64,000 nucleotides of DNA. It comes from an uncultured delta proteobacterium (GTDB lineage: Bacteria; Desulfobacterota; Binatia; UBA9968). Both the position numbers and the translations under genes were made by a program. Positions 40,178 through 50,137 of the stretch are shown one piece after another. Below the pieces are notes generated by a model. The model searched no databases. It saw only the letters and a list, made by a program, of their open reading frames with translations, and was not told the origin of the DNA. The stretch is taken from the NCBI GenBank assembly GCA_963727625.1, contig CAVSHR010000005.1:96001-160000 (forward strand). The letters are read 5' to 3'. Each line of letters opens with the position of its first letter. Positions within the stretch are counted from its first letter, which is position 1.

Positions 40178-40906
40178 ATGCCAGATCCGGTGCTTATGCA
40201 AAACAACGGTGACATCACGACGATAACATTGAATCGGCCCGAAGCGGGCAATCGCCAAACCGACGCCACTTGGGCCCAGGTAACGCATATGTTCGACGAC
40301 GCGGCAAAGAGCGCGCGGTTGATCCTATTCAAGGGCGCGGGCGAAGATTTTTGCATGGGTCGCGAAGCGATGGGCCAACAGCCAGCCACACCTCCCGAAG
40401 CCTACGCGGTGCGCGATCGCGCCCAGACTATATTCAATCTCTACGGCGCCTTTCGCAACGCCAAAGCGCCGATCATCGGCGTCGTGCAGGGCCGTGCCGT
40501 CGGCCTCGGCTGCGCGCTGGCGGCGTTGTGCGATATTACGATCGCCAGCGAAAAAGCGCGGTTTTCCTTTCCCGAGACGGCGCACCGGATCATGCCGACC
40601 ATCGCCTTTTCCGCCCTGGTGGACCGCGTGCCGCGCAAGGCCGCAACCTTCATGATGTACTCGGCGCAAGAAATCGACGCGCACAAAGCGCTCATGTTCG
40701 GTCTCGCAAGCAATGTCGTGCCGGCCAACGAGCTCGATAGCGCTGTGTCAACTCTTATCGACCATATGAAAAAAATGCCGTTCGCCGCGGTGCTCGCGCT
40801 CAAAGAGTACGCCGGCGCCGCGTTCGGCATGAGCACGCAAGGCGCCACCGACTTCGCACGCAACTTGCACGCAACGGTAAATAGTTTTTCGGGCATGCGA
40901 TCGTAG
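40178..40906 (+). CDS. Enoyl-CoA hydratase/isomerase (crotonase) family protein
   Basis: ITLNRPEAGN, FCMG, VQGRAVGLG, CDITIA, FSFPE. Confidence 0.88.
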   Translation: MPDPVLMQNNGDITTITLNRPEAGNRQTDATWAQVTHMFDDAAKSARLILFKGAGEDFCMGREAMGQQPATPPEAYAVRDRAQTIFNLYGAFRNAKAPIIGVVQGRAVGLGCALAALCDITIASEKARFSFPETAHRIMPTIAFSALVDRVPRKAATFMMYSAQEIDAHKALMFGLASNVVPANELDSAVSTLIDHMKKMPFAAVLALKEYAGAAFGMSTQGATDFARNLHATVNSFSGMRS

Positions 40907-40993
40907 GACGAGTTTTTCAAGAAGGTCGTAGCGCGCAGGCGTTGTGCCGATCTAACCCTAACAAACAATCCGTAGCAACAGAGGAGTGACCCA

Positions 40994-41503
40994 ATGAAAC
41001 TTCCCGATTTTCCGAAACCGCCGGTGTCATTGGACCCGAGCGTGACCTATCGCGAAAACCTGATCGAAGCCGACTGCGAGTCGCTTGAGCGCATGCGCAA
41101 AGTCGCCGAGGTGCAGGGTTTCACCATTTATTGCGACGAATCCGAGCGCGTCGGCGGCGAGCACACGGCGCCCTCGCCGCTCGGCTATTTCACCGCCGGC
41201 ATCGGCTTTTGACTGCTCACGCAGATTGCCCGGTACGGGCATATGCTGAAAATCTCGGTCAATAAGGCGCGCGTGCATGTGAGCATGCGCAACAAGCAGG
41301 AAGGCTCGGTTCTCCAAGGCACGGTGAAAGCCAATTGCCTGGGAATCGACACACGCGTGGAGTTGGAATCCACCGAGCCGCCCGAGCGCATCTCGGCGCT
41401 GATCAAAAATGCCGAGAACGGCTGCTTCACCATGCAGGCGCTGTTGGCCCCGGTGCCGTTTACCACCACGGTATCGCTGAACGGCGCACCGTTGGCGCGG
41501 TGA
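40994..41503 (+). CDS. OsmC/Ohr-family peroxiredoxin-like protein, probable selenoprotein (in-frame UGA 41210-41212)
   Basis: ORFs 40994-41212 and 41243-41503 share one frame: ...APSPLGYFTAGIGF-UGA-LLTQIARY...AENGCFTMQAL; the UGA sits at the first catalytic Cys; GAGGAG RBS. Confidence 0.8.
41221..41246 (+). promoter_or_regulatory. Bacterial SECIS-like stem-loop
   Basis: GCAGAU-UGCCC-GGUAC-GGGCA-UAUGC: GC-rich upper stem, G-initiated 5-nt loop 19 nt after the UGA, bulged U. Confidence 0.7.
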
Positions 41504-41513
41504 CGAACGCCCC

Positions 41514-41885
41514 TCACGCAAACACCGACCACAAGAGAAACAGGCCGAAAGCCAAGGCCACAACGCACCACACTCGCACGAACCACGCGCTCTGTCGCTG
41601 CCACCAAGTTAGCAGCGATTCATAACGGGAGTACCCCATCAATGGAATCGAAATGCCGGCCGCTAGAGAAATTACCGCGAGGATTTGCAGAGTGAGCGGC
41701 GCGCGCGATGCGGGGGCGACAATCCATAGCGCTATGCCTAATACCAATCGTAGCGCAGCGGCAAACCAAAACCCGCCTTGGGACTGCCAATAGCGAACAA
41801 AGCTGACGAGCCCGGCAGGAGAGATAACACCATATAGGCCGACGGCCACCACGAATATTGCGACCGCCGCAATGAACAGGATCAC
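41514..41885 (-). CDS. Small 4-TM membrane protein
   Basis: Four hydrophobic segments; AGGAGG RBS. Confidence 0.75.
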   Translation of the reverse strand: MILFIAAVAIFVVAVGLYGVISPAGLVSFVRYWQSQGGFWFAAALRLVLGIALWIVAPASRAPLTLQILAVISLAAGISIPLMGYSRYESLLTWWQRQSAWFVRVWCVVALAFGLFLLWSVFA

Positions 41886-41980
41886 GGTTCACCCTCCTGT
41901 AAATGCGTTTGTGTGACGCCGTGCCGTCTAGCACAACACCCTATGCCTTTTGACGACGACAACCCTGTAACGGGCCAAAG

Positions 41981-43282
41981 CTACGGTGCGACTTCCCCAT
42001 TAGCGTTGAATTTGATTTTGTGCAGCAAGACGTTCTTGTCGGTGCGTATTTCGACCGCGACGTAGGATTGCGCGCCGGCGGCGTGGACATGGACCAGACC
42101 GTAATTCAAGAAAAGCTTATTGAAGTACTCGAAGCGCTTTGCGGTCCCGCTGCCTTTACCCATCCGGGCTGCCAACGGGCCGACAATGATCTCGCGTAAA
42201 ACCGGGTTACCCGGCACGCGGACGACGGCGGCATAGTGCACGTCGGCGGTGAGAAAAATGACGCCGCAAATCCGTTCCTCTTCGATAACTTTGAGCACCG
42301 CCTCGCGGTCCGCCGGATAGCCGCCCCATTTATCGGTGCCCGGACTGGAAAACGGCACCGAGGTACAAACAAACTTGAAGCGCGCACTGGATTTGGCAAG
42401 ACCGTACAGAAGCCACTCCCTCTGCCGCGCGCCGAGGATCGTCCCGGCGCTGTCATCTCGGTACTGGCGGGTGTCGAGGATGAACAGTTCGGTAGCGCTT
42501 CCCCAGCGCGCCGAGCGATAAATGCGCTGCGGGTCGATCGAATCTTGACGCACCGGCCAATAATCCATGAAAGCGCGCCGCCCCACCGGCGCCAGCGGGT
42601 TCGTCGCCAGGAAGTTGTCCGCTACTTCGTGATCATCCCACACCACTAACAAACTGGTTTCGGCAAAAAGCCTCTGCGTCGGCGCGTCTTGGCGATTGTT
42701 GACGTACTTCTCGCGGAATTGAGAAAGTTGTTTTGCGCGGCCTTCCCGATCTGCGTAAATCGTATCGCCCAAGTGAAGAAAAAAGTCCGGGTTCTGCGCG
42801 CGGATGGCGTCCATGATATTAAATGGCCGATAAGTCTGCCGCGTGTCGCCGCTAAAGGCGAAGCGAATGTCGGATTGCTGATCTGCCCGCGGCGCCGTGA
42901 CAAATCGTTGGATCGGTCCGGGCTTCCTCCCCGAGGCCAAACACCGATAATAATAAACCGAATGGGCATCGAGATCCGCGAGAAAAATTTTCCCAGCATA
43001 GTCATTTTCATCGACGACACGAATCGGCGTTGATTTCAAAGCGGTTTGAAACGCCGGATCCTTGCCGTACTCGATCGCGAGCGAATTTTCCCGCTCGGCG
43101 CGCAGCCAGATGACCGCGCTGTCCTCGGTCACGTCGCCGGCGGCGCAGGGAAGCGATAGCCCCGTCCCATCGAGCGCCGTCGTCGCGCTGAATGCCGGCG
43201 CTGCCCAGGGCAGGAGCGCGGCCCCCATCGCGGTCGTTGCCGTCAGACGCAAAAATTTTCTGCGCGAGAGTTTACGCCTCAT
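41981..43282 (-). CDS. phoD: Alkaline phosphatase D family protein, Tat-exported
   Basis: SRRKFL Tat motif; HLGDTIYAD, WDDHEV, LDTRQYR, LTADVH. Confidence 0.88.
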   Translation of the reverse strand: MRRKLSRRKFLRLTATTAMGAALLPWAAPAFSATTALDGTGLSLPCAAGDVTEDSAVIWLRAERENSLAIEYGKDPAFQTALKSTPIRVVDENDYAGKIFLADLDAHSVYYYRCLASGRKPGPIQRFVTAPRADQQSDIRFAFSGDTRQTYRPFNIMDAIRAQNPDFFLHLGDTIYADREGRAKQLSQFREKYVNNRQDAPTQRLFAETSLLVVWDDHEVADNFLATNPLAPVGRRAFMDYWPVRQDSIDPQRIYRSARWGSATELFILDTRQYRDDSAGTILGARQREWLLYGLAKSSARFKFVCTSVPFSSPGTDKWGGYPADREAVLKVIEEERICGVIFLTADVHYAAVVRVPGNPVLREIIVGPLAARMGKGSGTAKRFEYFNKLFLNYGLVHVHAAGAQSYVAVEIRTDKNVLLHKIKFNANGEVAP

Positions 43283-43416
43283 CGGGTCTCTTTTTATCTG
43301 TCGCGTCGCCCCGGGCCGAGCCTGCACGACGCGCCGAGCGCCGCCGCGATCGTTGCGCGCGGCAGATTATTTTCAGTCGAAGCATCGGAATGGTTCAACA
43401 TCGGTTGATCGTGCGG

Positions 43417-44292
43417 TTAGCGACTGTCGGTCGTTTTGTCGCCGAGATAGCGGTCAAGAAATTCGACGGCGTCCCTTTCCCAAAGTTTAACGCCCTGCAC
43501 TGAGAACACTCTGTGCCCGGGCGGAGTCGCGGAAGCGGCACCTTGCGGGGTAAAAGGCTCGTAGATCACCGCACGGTGCGGCACATCGCGCCGTTTATAA
43601 ATTCCGGCCAGCGTGGTGATGGAATCGGTGGTACGGTCGTTCTGGGCGACCATGAAAAGCGTCGGCGTCGTCGATTTTTCCGCAGCCGCGATGAGCGCAG
43701 CGCGAATGCGCGGGCTCCCATTCCAGGTCAATGCACCACCGGCCTGGTCGATGGCGACGGCAAAGTCCCGACCTCGGCTCACCACGAACATGGTGACGAT
43801 TCCGCCGTACGACCAACCCATGACACCGATCCGCTTGGAGTCGACGAAAGATTGCGCGCCGAGAAATACACGAGCCGCCAACACATCGCCACACTCCGCC
43901 TCGAGCCGTGGCACCAGGCGCCGCCAATTTTCGTTTACCTCTTCAGACAACGTCGGACCATCCGAGCGCCCGTAACCGCGCCGCTCGACGACCAGCGCCA
44001 GGTAGCCCGCCCTGGTCAGCAGGTTGCCGATGGTGCGCAGCGGAGTCGGGCGTCGCTCGTTTCCCCGCCGCGAGCCATGATTGTAAATTACCGCCGGGAA
44101 CGGCCCATCGCCTGCCGGCTTGTAAAGATAAGCCTGTATCTTGAGGTCTCCGCTGGGATAGAAAATTTCCGTATAAGCGGATCTGCTCGCCGATTCGCTC
44201 GTCCCTGCCCCGAGGAGACAACAGAAAATGCCGAACAGCGCTCTCACCGCAAAAATCGAAGCGCGTCGGCGCAAGGTTGAGATTGACGTCAT
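43417..44292 (-). CDS. Secreted alpha/beta hydrolase (dienelactone hydrolase / S9 type)
   Basis: GPFPAVIYNHG, RRGYGRS, GWSYGG, QND, GH. Confidence 0.85.
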   Translation of the reverse strand: MTSISTLRRRASIFAVRALFGIFCCLLGAGTSESASRSAYTEIFYPSGDLKIQAYLYKPAGDGPFPAVIYNHGSRRGNERRPTPLRTIGNLLTRAGYLALVVERRGYGRSDGPTLSEEVNENWRRLVPRLEAECGDVLAARVFLGAQSFVDSKRIGVMGWSYGGIVTMFVVSRGRDFAVAIDQAGGALTWNGSPRIRAALIAAAEKSTTPTLFMVAQNDRTTDSITTLAGIYKRRDVPHRAVIYEPFTPQGAASATPPGHRVFSVQGVKLWERDAVEFLDRYLGDKTTDSR

Positions 44293-44303
44293 TGTGAATC
44301 CCC

Positions 44304-44711
44304 TCAAGGCGGCGGAGCTTTGCCTATCAAGTAGGCTCGCCAAGGCGTCCAGTAATATTTCTCCCAACCTTGGCTCACTCCGGCAAAGTCCTCATCCGCA
44401 ACGTTTATATGAGCGAGCTCGATCCGAGCGCCATCCTCCGCGGGCCAGAATGAAAGGGTCAGCACCGAGTCCATCGCCGTAAGCGGCCAGTTCGCCGAGC
44501 GCCAGGTTTGCACGATCAGCGTCTTCGGTTCGATGTGCAAAATGATGCCCGATAGCATGCCGTCGAAGGCGCGAAACACTCCGCCCGCATGCGGCTCGAG
44601 AGTCACGGGCAAACCGGTAAAAGCCGCGTGCTCGGCCCCATCGAGATACATGTCGAACAGCTTATCCGGCGGTGCCGGAAGTGTAGCTGCCATGATTATG
44701 TTTCGTGGCAT
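44304..44711 (-). CDS. SRPBCC / AHSA1-like protein
   Basis: HAAFTG, LIVQTWR, GWEKYYW; AAGGAG RBS. Confidence 0.85.
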   Translation of the reverse strand: MPRNIIMAATLPAPPDKLFDMYLDGAEHAAFTGLPVTLEPHAGGVFRAFDGMLSGIILHIEPKTLIVQTWRSANWPLTAMDSVLTLSFWPAEDGARIELAHINVADEDFAGVSQGWEKYYWTPWRAYLIGKAPPP

Positions 44712-44820
44712 TTGCGAAAGCTCCTTTTTACGACGCTTATGATCGGCTCATTCGGTGAGGGTGGACGATCGGACAGTCGAGCTCGGAAGGTAGAACCATA
44801 ATCCCCACGCCCCCGGCATC

Positions 44821-45327
44821 CTACTTAACCTCAATTGACACTTCGGTAGTGGATCCCTTGACGACAAACTTGGACTGCTGCCATTTCGGTGGCCCAAACC
44901 TAACTCTCACATTATTTGAAAAACCGTATGGTTCTAGCGGTATTCCCAAAAAGTTTTTATCCATCTTGCCGTTCTTGTTTTCGTCATGAAATACCGCAAC
45001 CCCGTAATCCCCGTGGGAAACGTCGTTAAGTTTCCATGTAACCGATGGACTGTCCACCTTGATCGTCGATGAGTATAAGGGTTCTTCGCCTAGCCATTTC
45101 GCGGAGGAATTGAATACGGCGATCTTCACCTGTCCTTTCTCAGAGCGAAGCCCGGTGACCTTGATAATCACCGCGGCCTGTCCACCCGACTGCGCGAGCA
45201 CTGGCGGGATAAATCTGACGCTGACCGAAAGCGAAACAATGGACCCAATTAAAAGCACCATTCGGACGCGGCTAGCCAGCATGATTATCTCGCATCTCAA
45301 TCGAAGATTGGTTCTGTATAACGACAC
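44821..45327 (-). CDS. DUF2141 family protein
   Basis: Signal peptide; YGVAVFHDENKNGKMDKNFLGIPLEPYGFSNN, FGPP. Confidence 0.88.
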   Translation of the reverse strand: MSLYRTNLRLRCEIIMLASRVRMVLLIGSIVSLSVSVRFIPPVLAQSGGQAAVIIKVTGLRSEKGQVKIAVFNSSAKWLGEEPLYSSTIKVDSPSVTWKLNDVSHGDYGVAVFHDENKNGKMDKNFLGIPLEPYGFSNNVRVRFGPPKWQQSKFVVKGSTTEVSIEVK

Positions 45328-45356
45328 GCGGGCGCAGTGATTCTATCACAATCATT

Positions 45357-45581
45357 TCACAGTCTAAAAAAGTAGGGAATTAGGGACAGCGCCAGTCCCA
45401 CAACGACGAGGAGAACGTTATTGGACACGAAGTAAGGAAAGGCCATCAGTCCAATTCCACAGAACAAAGGAACAAATCTTTGCTGTTTCTTCCCGTAAAC
45501 AAAGTAAGCAAGGCCCACCGCGCCGAAAACCACTCCCCAAAGTAATGACGATTCGCTACCCATCGGTGGCTGAAGCTTCAA
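45357..45581 (-). CDS. Small conserved membrane protein
   Basis: GVVFGAVGLAYFVYGKKQ...LMAFPYFV. Confidence 0.7.
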   Translation of the reverse strand: MKLQPPMGSESSLLWGVVFGAVGLAYFVYGKKQQRFVPLFCGIGLMAFPYFVSNNVLLVVVGLALSLIPYFFRL

Positions 45582-46119
45582 TCCGGCGATAAAACATGAC
45601 TGTTATCCGAGCCTCTTAGCAATTATCGCGATCCAGCAACTTGAATATCGTACGTCAATCTTTCTACTCATACCGTAAAATGAAGCGCCAGTCGCCCGCT
45701 GCGTTGATACACCCAGAAATACAACCGATGAACCCAACACTTTGTTTAGCGGGATTCATTAGAAGAGCGAACAAATCCGAGAATAAAGAGGCTAGTCAGC
45801 GGATAACGTCTCGCTAATTTATGCATTACACGAGATTTTACGGTTACCGCTAAGTCTTGGCAAGCAATTTTCTCTCCCCTCTTAAGGATCCGGAAACGCT
45901 GCAAACATCATCGGTCTTTATCATGACGTGATCTAGCCGTTACACATAACCCGCCCGGAATTCGAAGCATGCTTTATCAAGAGCCCGCGACGAATCAGCA
46001 TCCTTTCTCCGCTCGCAAACATCTAACAAGCCGATTGTAGCGATCACTCGGCTGGGACACCGGCTGTAACGGAAAGCAGGCCATATCAACTACCGACATT
46101 ATGCTGGGAGGGTTTTGCC

Positions 46120-46968
46120 ATGAGTAAGCGTAATATCATTATCGGCGTGGGCTTCGTCGTACTAGCGATCATCTGGTACGCGTTTCGGCCGGAGTTGTTG
46201 TTCATCAACAAGACTGTCAACGAGGAATTTCCCGGCGGGGCCGCGATGGCGTCGATCGAGAAGGCGCCGATGGCTGTGACCAAAGGCAATTTTAAAAGTC
46301 TAGCACACGAAACCAAAGGGCTCGCCTCGATTTACCAACTGGCCGACGGCAAACGCACGCTGAGATTGACCGACTTTGAAACATCCAACGGGCCGGACGT
46401 TCATGTTTACCTGGCCGCCGCGGAAGTCGAAAAGGGCAATGACGCGATCAAGGAAGCCGGCTTCATCGACCTGGGCTCGATGAAAGGCAACAAGGGCGAT
46501 CAAAACTACGACGTGCCCGCGGACATTGACCTAAACAAATTTAAGAACGTGACGATCTGGTGCGCGCGCTTCGGCGTCAACTTTGCGCAGGCCGCCCTTG
46601 AGTCACCCACTTTGCTGCCCGTGAAGGTAGCCGAGGGTTTGTTCAAGGGTTTGGCCCATGAGACCAAGGGCCAGGCATCTGTCTATCAGCTTCCCGACGG
46701 CAAAAAAGTGTTGCGCTTCAGCGGATTCGAAACATCCAACGGCCCCGACGTCCATGTCTACCTGGTCACCGCCGAAATCGAAAAAGGCAACGATTCCGTC
46801 AAGCAGGCGGGCTTTATCGATCTCGGTTCATTGAAAGGCAACATGGGCGATCAAAACTACGACGTGCCCGCCGGCGTGGATCTGAGCAAATACAAAACCG
46901 TCAGCGTTTGGTGCGCCCGCTTCGGCGTCAATTTCGCCACCGCTCCGTTGGCGTCGGCAAAAGGTTAA
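46120..46968 (+). CDS. Membrane-anchored protein with two tandem DM13 domains
   Basis: Two near-identical repeats of AHETKG..FETSNGPDVHVYL..DLGSxKGN.GDQNY..WCARFGVNF; GGGAGG RBS. Confidence 0.9.
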   Translation: MSKRNIIIGVGFVVLAIIWYAFRPELLFINKTVNEEFPGGAAMASIEKAPMAVTKGNFKSLAHETKGLASIYQLADGKRTLRLTDFETSNGPDVHVYLAAAEVEKGNDAIKEAGFIDLGSMKGNKGDQNYDVPADIDLNKFKNVTIWCARFGVNFAQAALESPTLLPVKVAEGLFKGLAHETKGQASVYQLPDGKKVLRFSGFETSNGPDVHVYLVTAEIEKGNDSVKQAGFIDLGSLKGNMGDQNYDVPAGVDLSKYKTVSVWCARFGVNFATAPLASAKG

Positions 46969-46972
46969 GAAG

Positions 46973-47038
46973 AACTCACCACGATGGGCGCAAATTTTGG
47001 ATTACCTAAATGACAAATGCTTCGTGGCCTTCGTGGTG
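46973..47038. repeat. REP-like imperfect palindrome
   Basis: aactcaccacga ... cttcgtggccttcgtggtg. Confidence 0.5.
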
Positions 47039-47061
47039 CAAAATCCAAGGAAATTATCCCC

Positions 47062-48417
47062 ATGCAACCCAGCGCAAAAATCCTAATTCTCGGCGGCGGT
47101 TTCGGTGGGCTCTATACCGCGCTCGCATTGGAAAAACAGTGTCGCCGCGATCCCGGCGTCGCGATCACCCTGGTCAACCGCGAGAATTTCTTCCTATTCA
47201 CTCCGATGCTTCACGAAGTGGCGGCCAGCGACTTGGACAGCAGCACCATCGTCAACCCGATCCGCAAGATGCTCGGCAAGACCCAGTTTTTCGCCGGCGA
47301 AATCCAGGCTATCGATTTGGCACGCAAGCGAGTGACCGTCGTTCACGGCATCGACGGTAGCCATGCGCATGATCTTGAATACGATCATCTCGTGCTCGGC
47401 CTCGGATCGGTGACAAATTTTTACGGCATCCCGGGGCTCGCCGCACTGGGCCTGACGATGAAGACCCTGAGTGACGCGGTCTACTTACGTAACCGGCTTA
47501 TCGAGCATCTCGAAGAAGCGGACTTCGAGTGCTCGACCGTGCCGCCAGAACAGTTGCTCACATTCGTCGTCGCCGGCGGCGGCTTCGCCGGTGTAGAGAC
47601 GATCGCGGCGATCAATGATTTCCTGCGCGAAGCGTTGAAGTTTTACCCAAACCTAAAGGAAGAGATGCTCCGTATCGTGCTGGTCGAGAGCAATCTGACC
47701 ATCCTGCCCGAACTTGGCGGCGCGCTCGGCCGCTACGCGCAGAAAAAGCTCGCGGAGCGGAAAATCGAGTTCCGCCTTGGCGTCAAAGTTACTGACGTCT
47801 CTGAGGATCGCGTGGAATTGAGCGACGGGACGATTCTTCCGGCTCGAACCCTCATCTGGACTGCCGGTACGGCCCCCTGTCCATTGCTCAAGGCGCTCGA
47901 ATGCGCCAAAGAACGGGGCCGCGTCGCAGTCAATGAATTTCTCGAAGTTCCCGGCCGCCCCGGTGTCTGGGCGCTCGGTGATTGCGCGTCGGTCGTGGAC
48001 GAATCCACCGGCAGACCCTACCCGCCTACGGCGCAGCACGCCTTACGCCAAGGTAAAATACTCGGGCAAAACATCGCAGCCACACTCAGAGGCGAAGCAA
48101 AGCGGCCTTTCGTTTTCAAAACCATCGGCCATCTGGCGGCCATCGGCCGGCGCACGGGCGTAGCAAGAATCTTCGGATTCAAGTTTTCCGGCTTCATCGC
48201 CTGGTGGCTGTGGCGGACCATCTACCTGAGCAAGCTGCCGCGCCTGGAGAAAAAATTGCGGGTGACACTGGATTGGACTCTCGATCTGGTTTTTTCAAAA
48301 GATCTGGTGCAGTATACGCCGCTGCGCTCTTCCGGTTTGCCAACCGCGATCCCGGATTCCTTACCCCAAACGCTGGCGACGGCAACGACGCAACCCTATC
48401 AAAGGCCCGCCGCTTGA
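47062..48417 (+). CDS. Type II NADH:quinone oxidoreductase (NDH-2)-like flavoprotein
   Basis: GGGFGG, FTPML, AGGGFAGVE, WTAG, WALGD, PPTAQHA, GFIAWWLW. Confidence 0.88.
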   Translation: MQPSAKILILGGGFGGLYTALALEKQCRRDPGVAITLVNRENFFLFTPMLHEVAASDLDSSTIVNPIRKMLGKTQFFAGEIQAIDLARKRVTVVHGIDGSHAHDLEYDHLVLGLGSVTNFYGIPGLAALGLTMKTLSDAVYLRNRLIEHLEEADFECSTVPPEQLLTFVVAGGGFAGVETIAAINDFLREALKFYPNLKEEMLRIVLVESNLTILPELGGALGRYAQKKLAERKIEFRLGVKVTDVSEDRVELSDGTILPARTLIWTAGTAPCPLLKALECAKERGRVAVNEFLEVPGRPGVWALGDCASVVDESTGRPYPPTAQHALRQGKILGQNIAATLRGEAKRPFVFKTIGHLAAIGRRTGVARIFGFKFSGFIAWWLWRTIYLSKLPRLEKKLRVTLDWTLDLVFSKDLVQYTPLRSSGLPTAIPDSLPQTLATATTQPYQRPAA

Positions 48418-48549
48418 CGGAAGGTGAGCCGCAGTGAGCGCATCCATTCCCGCTTGATTGACATCTAAATTGCAAAGGAGGAAAAGCACGAGGAGAGTTC
48501 ACCGAACCGTGCCGACCCCGATCCCGTAGCCACGCTCGGAGGAAGTACT

Positions 48550-50121
48550 ATGGCGCAAAGCAACCATTACGACGTGATCATTATCGGCAGCGGCGCCGGC
48601 GGCGGTACCCTAGCCCACAAGCTCGCTCCCACCGGCAAAAAGATCCTCATGGTCGAACGCGGCGGCTACGTGCCGCGGGAAAAGGACAACTGGAACCCCC
48701 GCGCCGTCAATCTCGAAGGGAAATACCAGACCAAAGAGAAATGGCGCGACAAGGACGGCAAAGAGCTGCACCCGCATACCAACTACTATGTCGGCGGCAA
48801 TACCAAATTTTTCGGAGCGGCGCTGTTTCGTCTGCGCAAGGAAGATTTCGGCGAGATCAAGCATCACGGCGGGCTGTCGCCCGCCTGGCCGATCGGGTAC
48901 GAAGATCTGGAACCGTATTACGGCGAAGCCGAAAAGCTCTATCACGTGCACGGCAACGCCGGTGAGGATCCCTACGAGCCACGCCGCAGCGCGCCCTACC
49001 CGCACCCGGCGGTGAGCCACGAACCCAGGTTGCAGCAGCTCTCCGACGACTTCGAGCACCTCGGCCTCCATCCCTTTCACACGCCGCTCGGCATCATGCT
49101 CGACGAGATCAATCCTCAATCGAGCAAATGTATCCGCTGCGATACCTGCGACGGCTTTCCGTGCCTCGTCTACGCCAAGTCCGACGCACAGGTGTGCGCC
49201 GTCGATCCGGCGCTGCAGCACCCGAATGTGACCCTGATGACCGACGCCTACGTCGCAAGGCTGGAGACCGACAGTTCCGGCCGTACTGTTGCCAAAGTCA
49301 TTGTCCGTCAAAACGGCCGCCGCGAAGAGCTCGGCGCCGACATCGTGGTGTCGTCCTGCGGCGCGATCAATTCGGCGGCGCTCTTGCTGCGCTCGCGCAA
49401 TGAAAAACATCCGCGCGGTCTCGCCAACGGCTCGGACATCGTCGGCCGCCACTACATGGGCCACACCAACTCAGTTTTGATGGCACTATCGAAGTGTCCG
49501 AACCCGACGATCTTTCAAAAATCGCTCTCGCTCAACGATTTTTACTTTGGCGCGCCGGGCTGGAACTATCCGATGGGCCATATTTCCTTCGTCGGCAAGC
49601 TCGACGGCGAGACGCTCAAAGGCGGCGCGCCCGCGCTTACGCCGGGCTGGACGCTCGATCTGATGGCCAAGCACTCCCTCGATTTCTGGCTGACCTCGGA
49701 GGATTTGCCGGACCCGGACAATCGGATGACCCTGGACGGCGAAGGTAACATCGTGCTCAGCTACACGCCCAACAACGAAGAAGGGCACAAGCGTTTGATC
49801 GCCAAGCTCAAGGAGCTCATGCAGCAGCAGACCCGATGCAAGGTGCACGGCCACGACTGCCACGAAGGCCTGTTCGCGCGCAATCTGTTCGTCGGCCAAA
49901 GAATTCCGCTGGCCGGCGTCGCCCATCAGGTCGGCACCGTGCGTTTCGGCAATGATCCGAAATCGAGCGCCCTCGACGTGAACTGCAAGGCTCACGAGCT
50001 CGACAATCTCTACGTCGTCGACGGCAGCTTCTTCGTCTCCAGCGGCGCGGTCAACCCGGCGCTCACGATCATGGCCAACGCGCTGCGGGTCGGCCACCAC
50101 CTGATCGAAAGAATGAACTAG
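48550..50121 (+). CDS. GMC oxidoreductase with an Fe-S-type Cys cluster
   Basis: GSGAGGG, VGGNTK, CIRCDTCDGFPC, AHQVGT, NLYVVDGSFF, VNPALT; GGAGG RBS. Confidence 0.92.
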   Translation: MAQSNHYDVIIIGSGAGGGTLAHKLAPTGKKILMVERGGYVPREKDNWNPRAVNLEGKYQTKEKWRDKDGKELHPHTNYYVGGNTKFFGAALFRLRKEDFGEIKHHGGLSPAWPIGYEDLEPYYGEAEKLYHVHGNAGEDPYEPRRSAPYPHPAVSHEPRLQQLSDDFEHLGLHPFHTPLGIMLDEINPQSSKCIRCDTCDGFPCLVYAKSDAQVCAVDPALQHPNVTLMTDAYVARLETDSSGRTVAKVIVRQNGRREELGADIVVSSCGAINSAALLLRSRNEKHPRGLANGSDIVGRHYMGHTNSVLMALSKCPNPTIFQKSLSLNDFYFGAPGWNYPMGHISFVGKLDGETLKGGAPALTPGWTLDLMAKHSLDFWLTSEDLPDPDNRMTLDGEGNIVLSYTPNNEEGHKRLIAKLKELMQQQTRCKVHGHDCHEGLFARNLFVGQRIPLAGVAHQVGTVRFGNDPKSSALDVNCKAHELDNLYVVDGSFFVSSGAVNPALTIMANALRVGHHLIERMN

Positions 50122-50137
50122 AAGAAAGGCATGAGGC

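Noticed and set aside
41210-41212. Genome-wide UGA reassignment (code 4/25) as the explanation of the OsmC read-through
   Set aside because: Many genes end at TGA at their natural C-termini (e.g. 15094-15096, 23456-23458)
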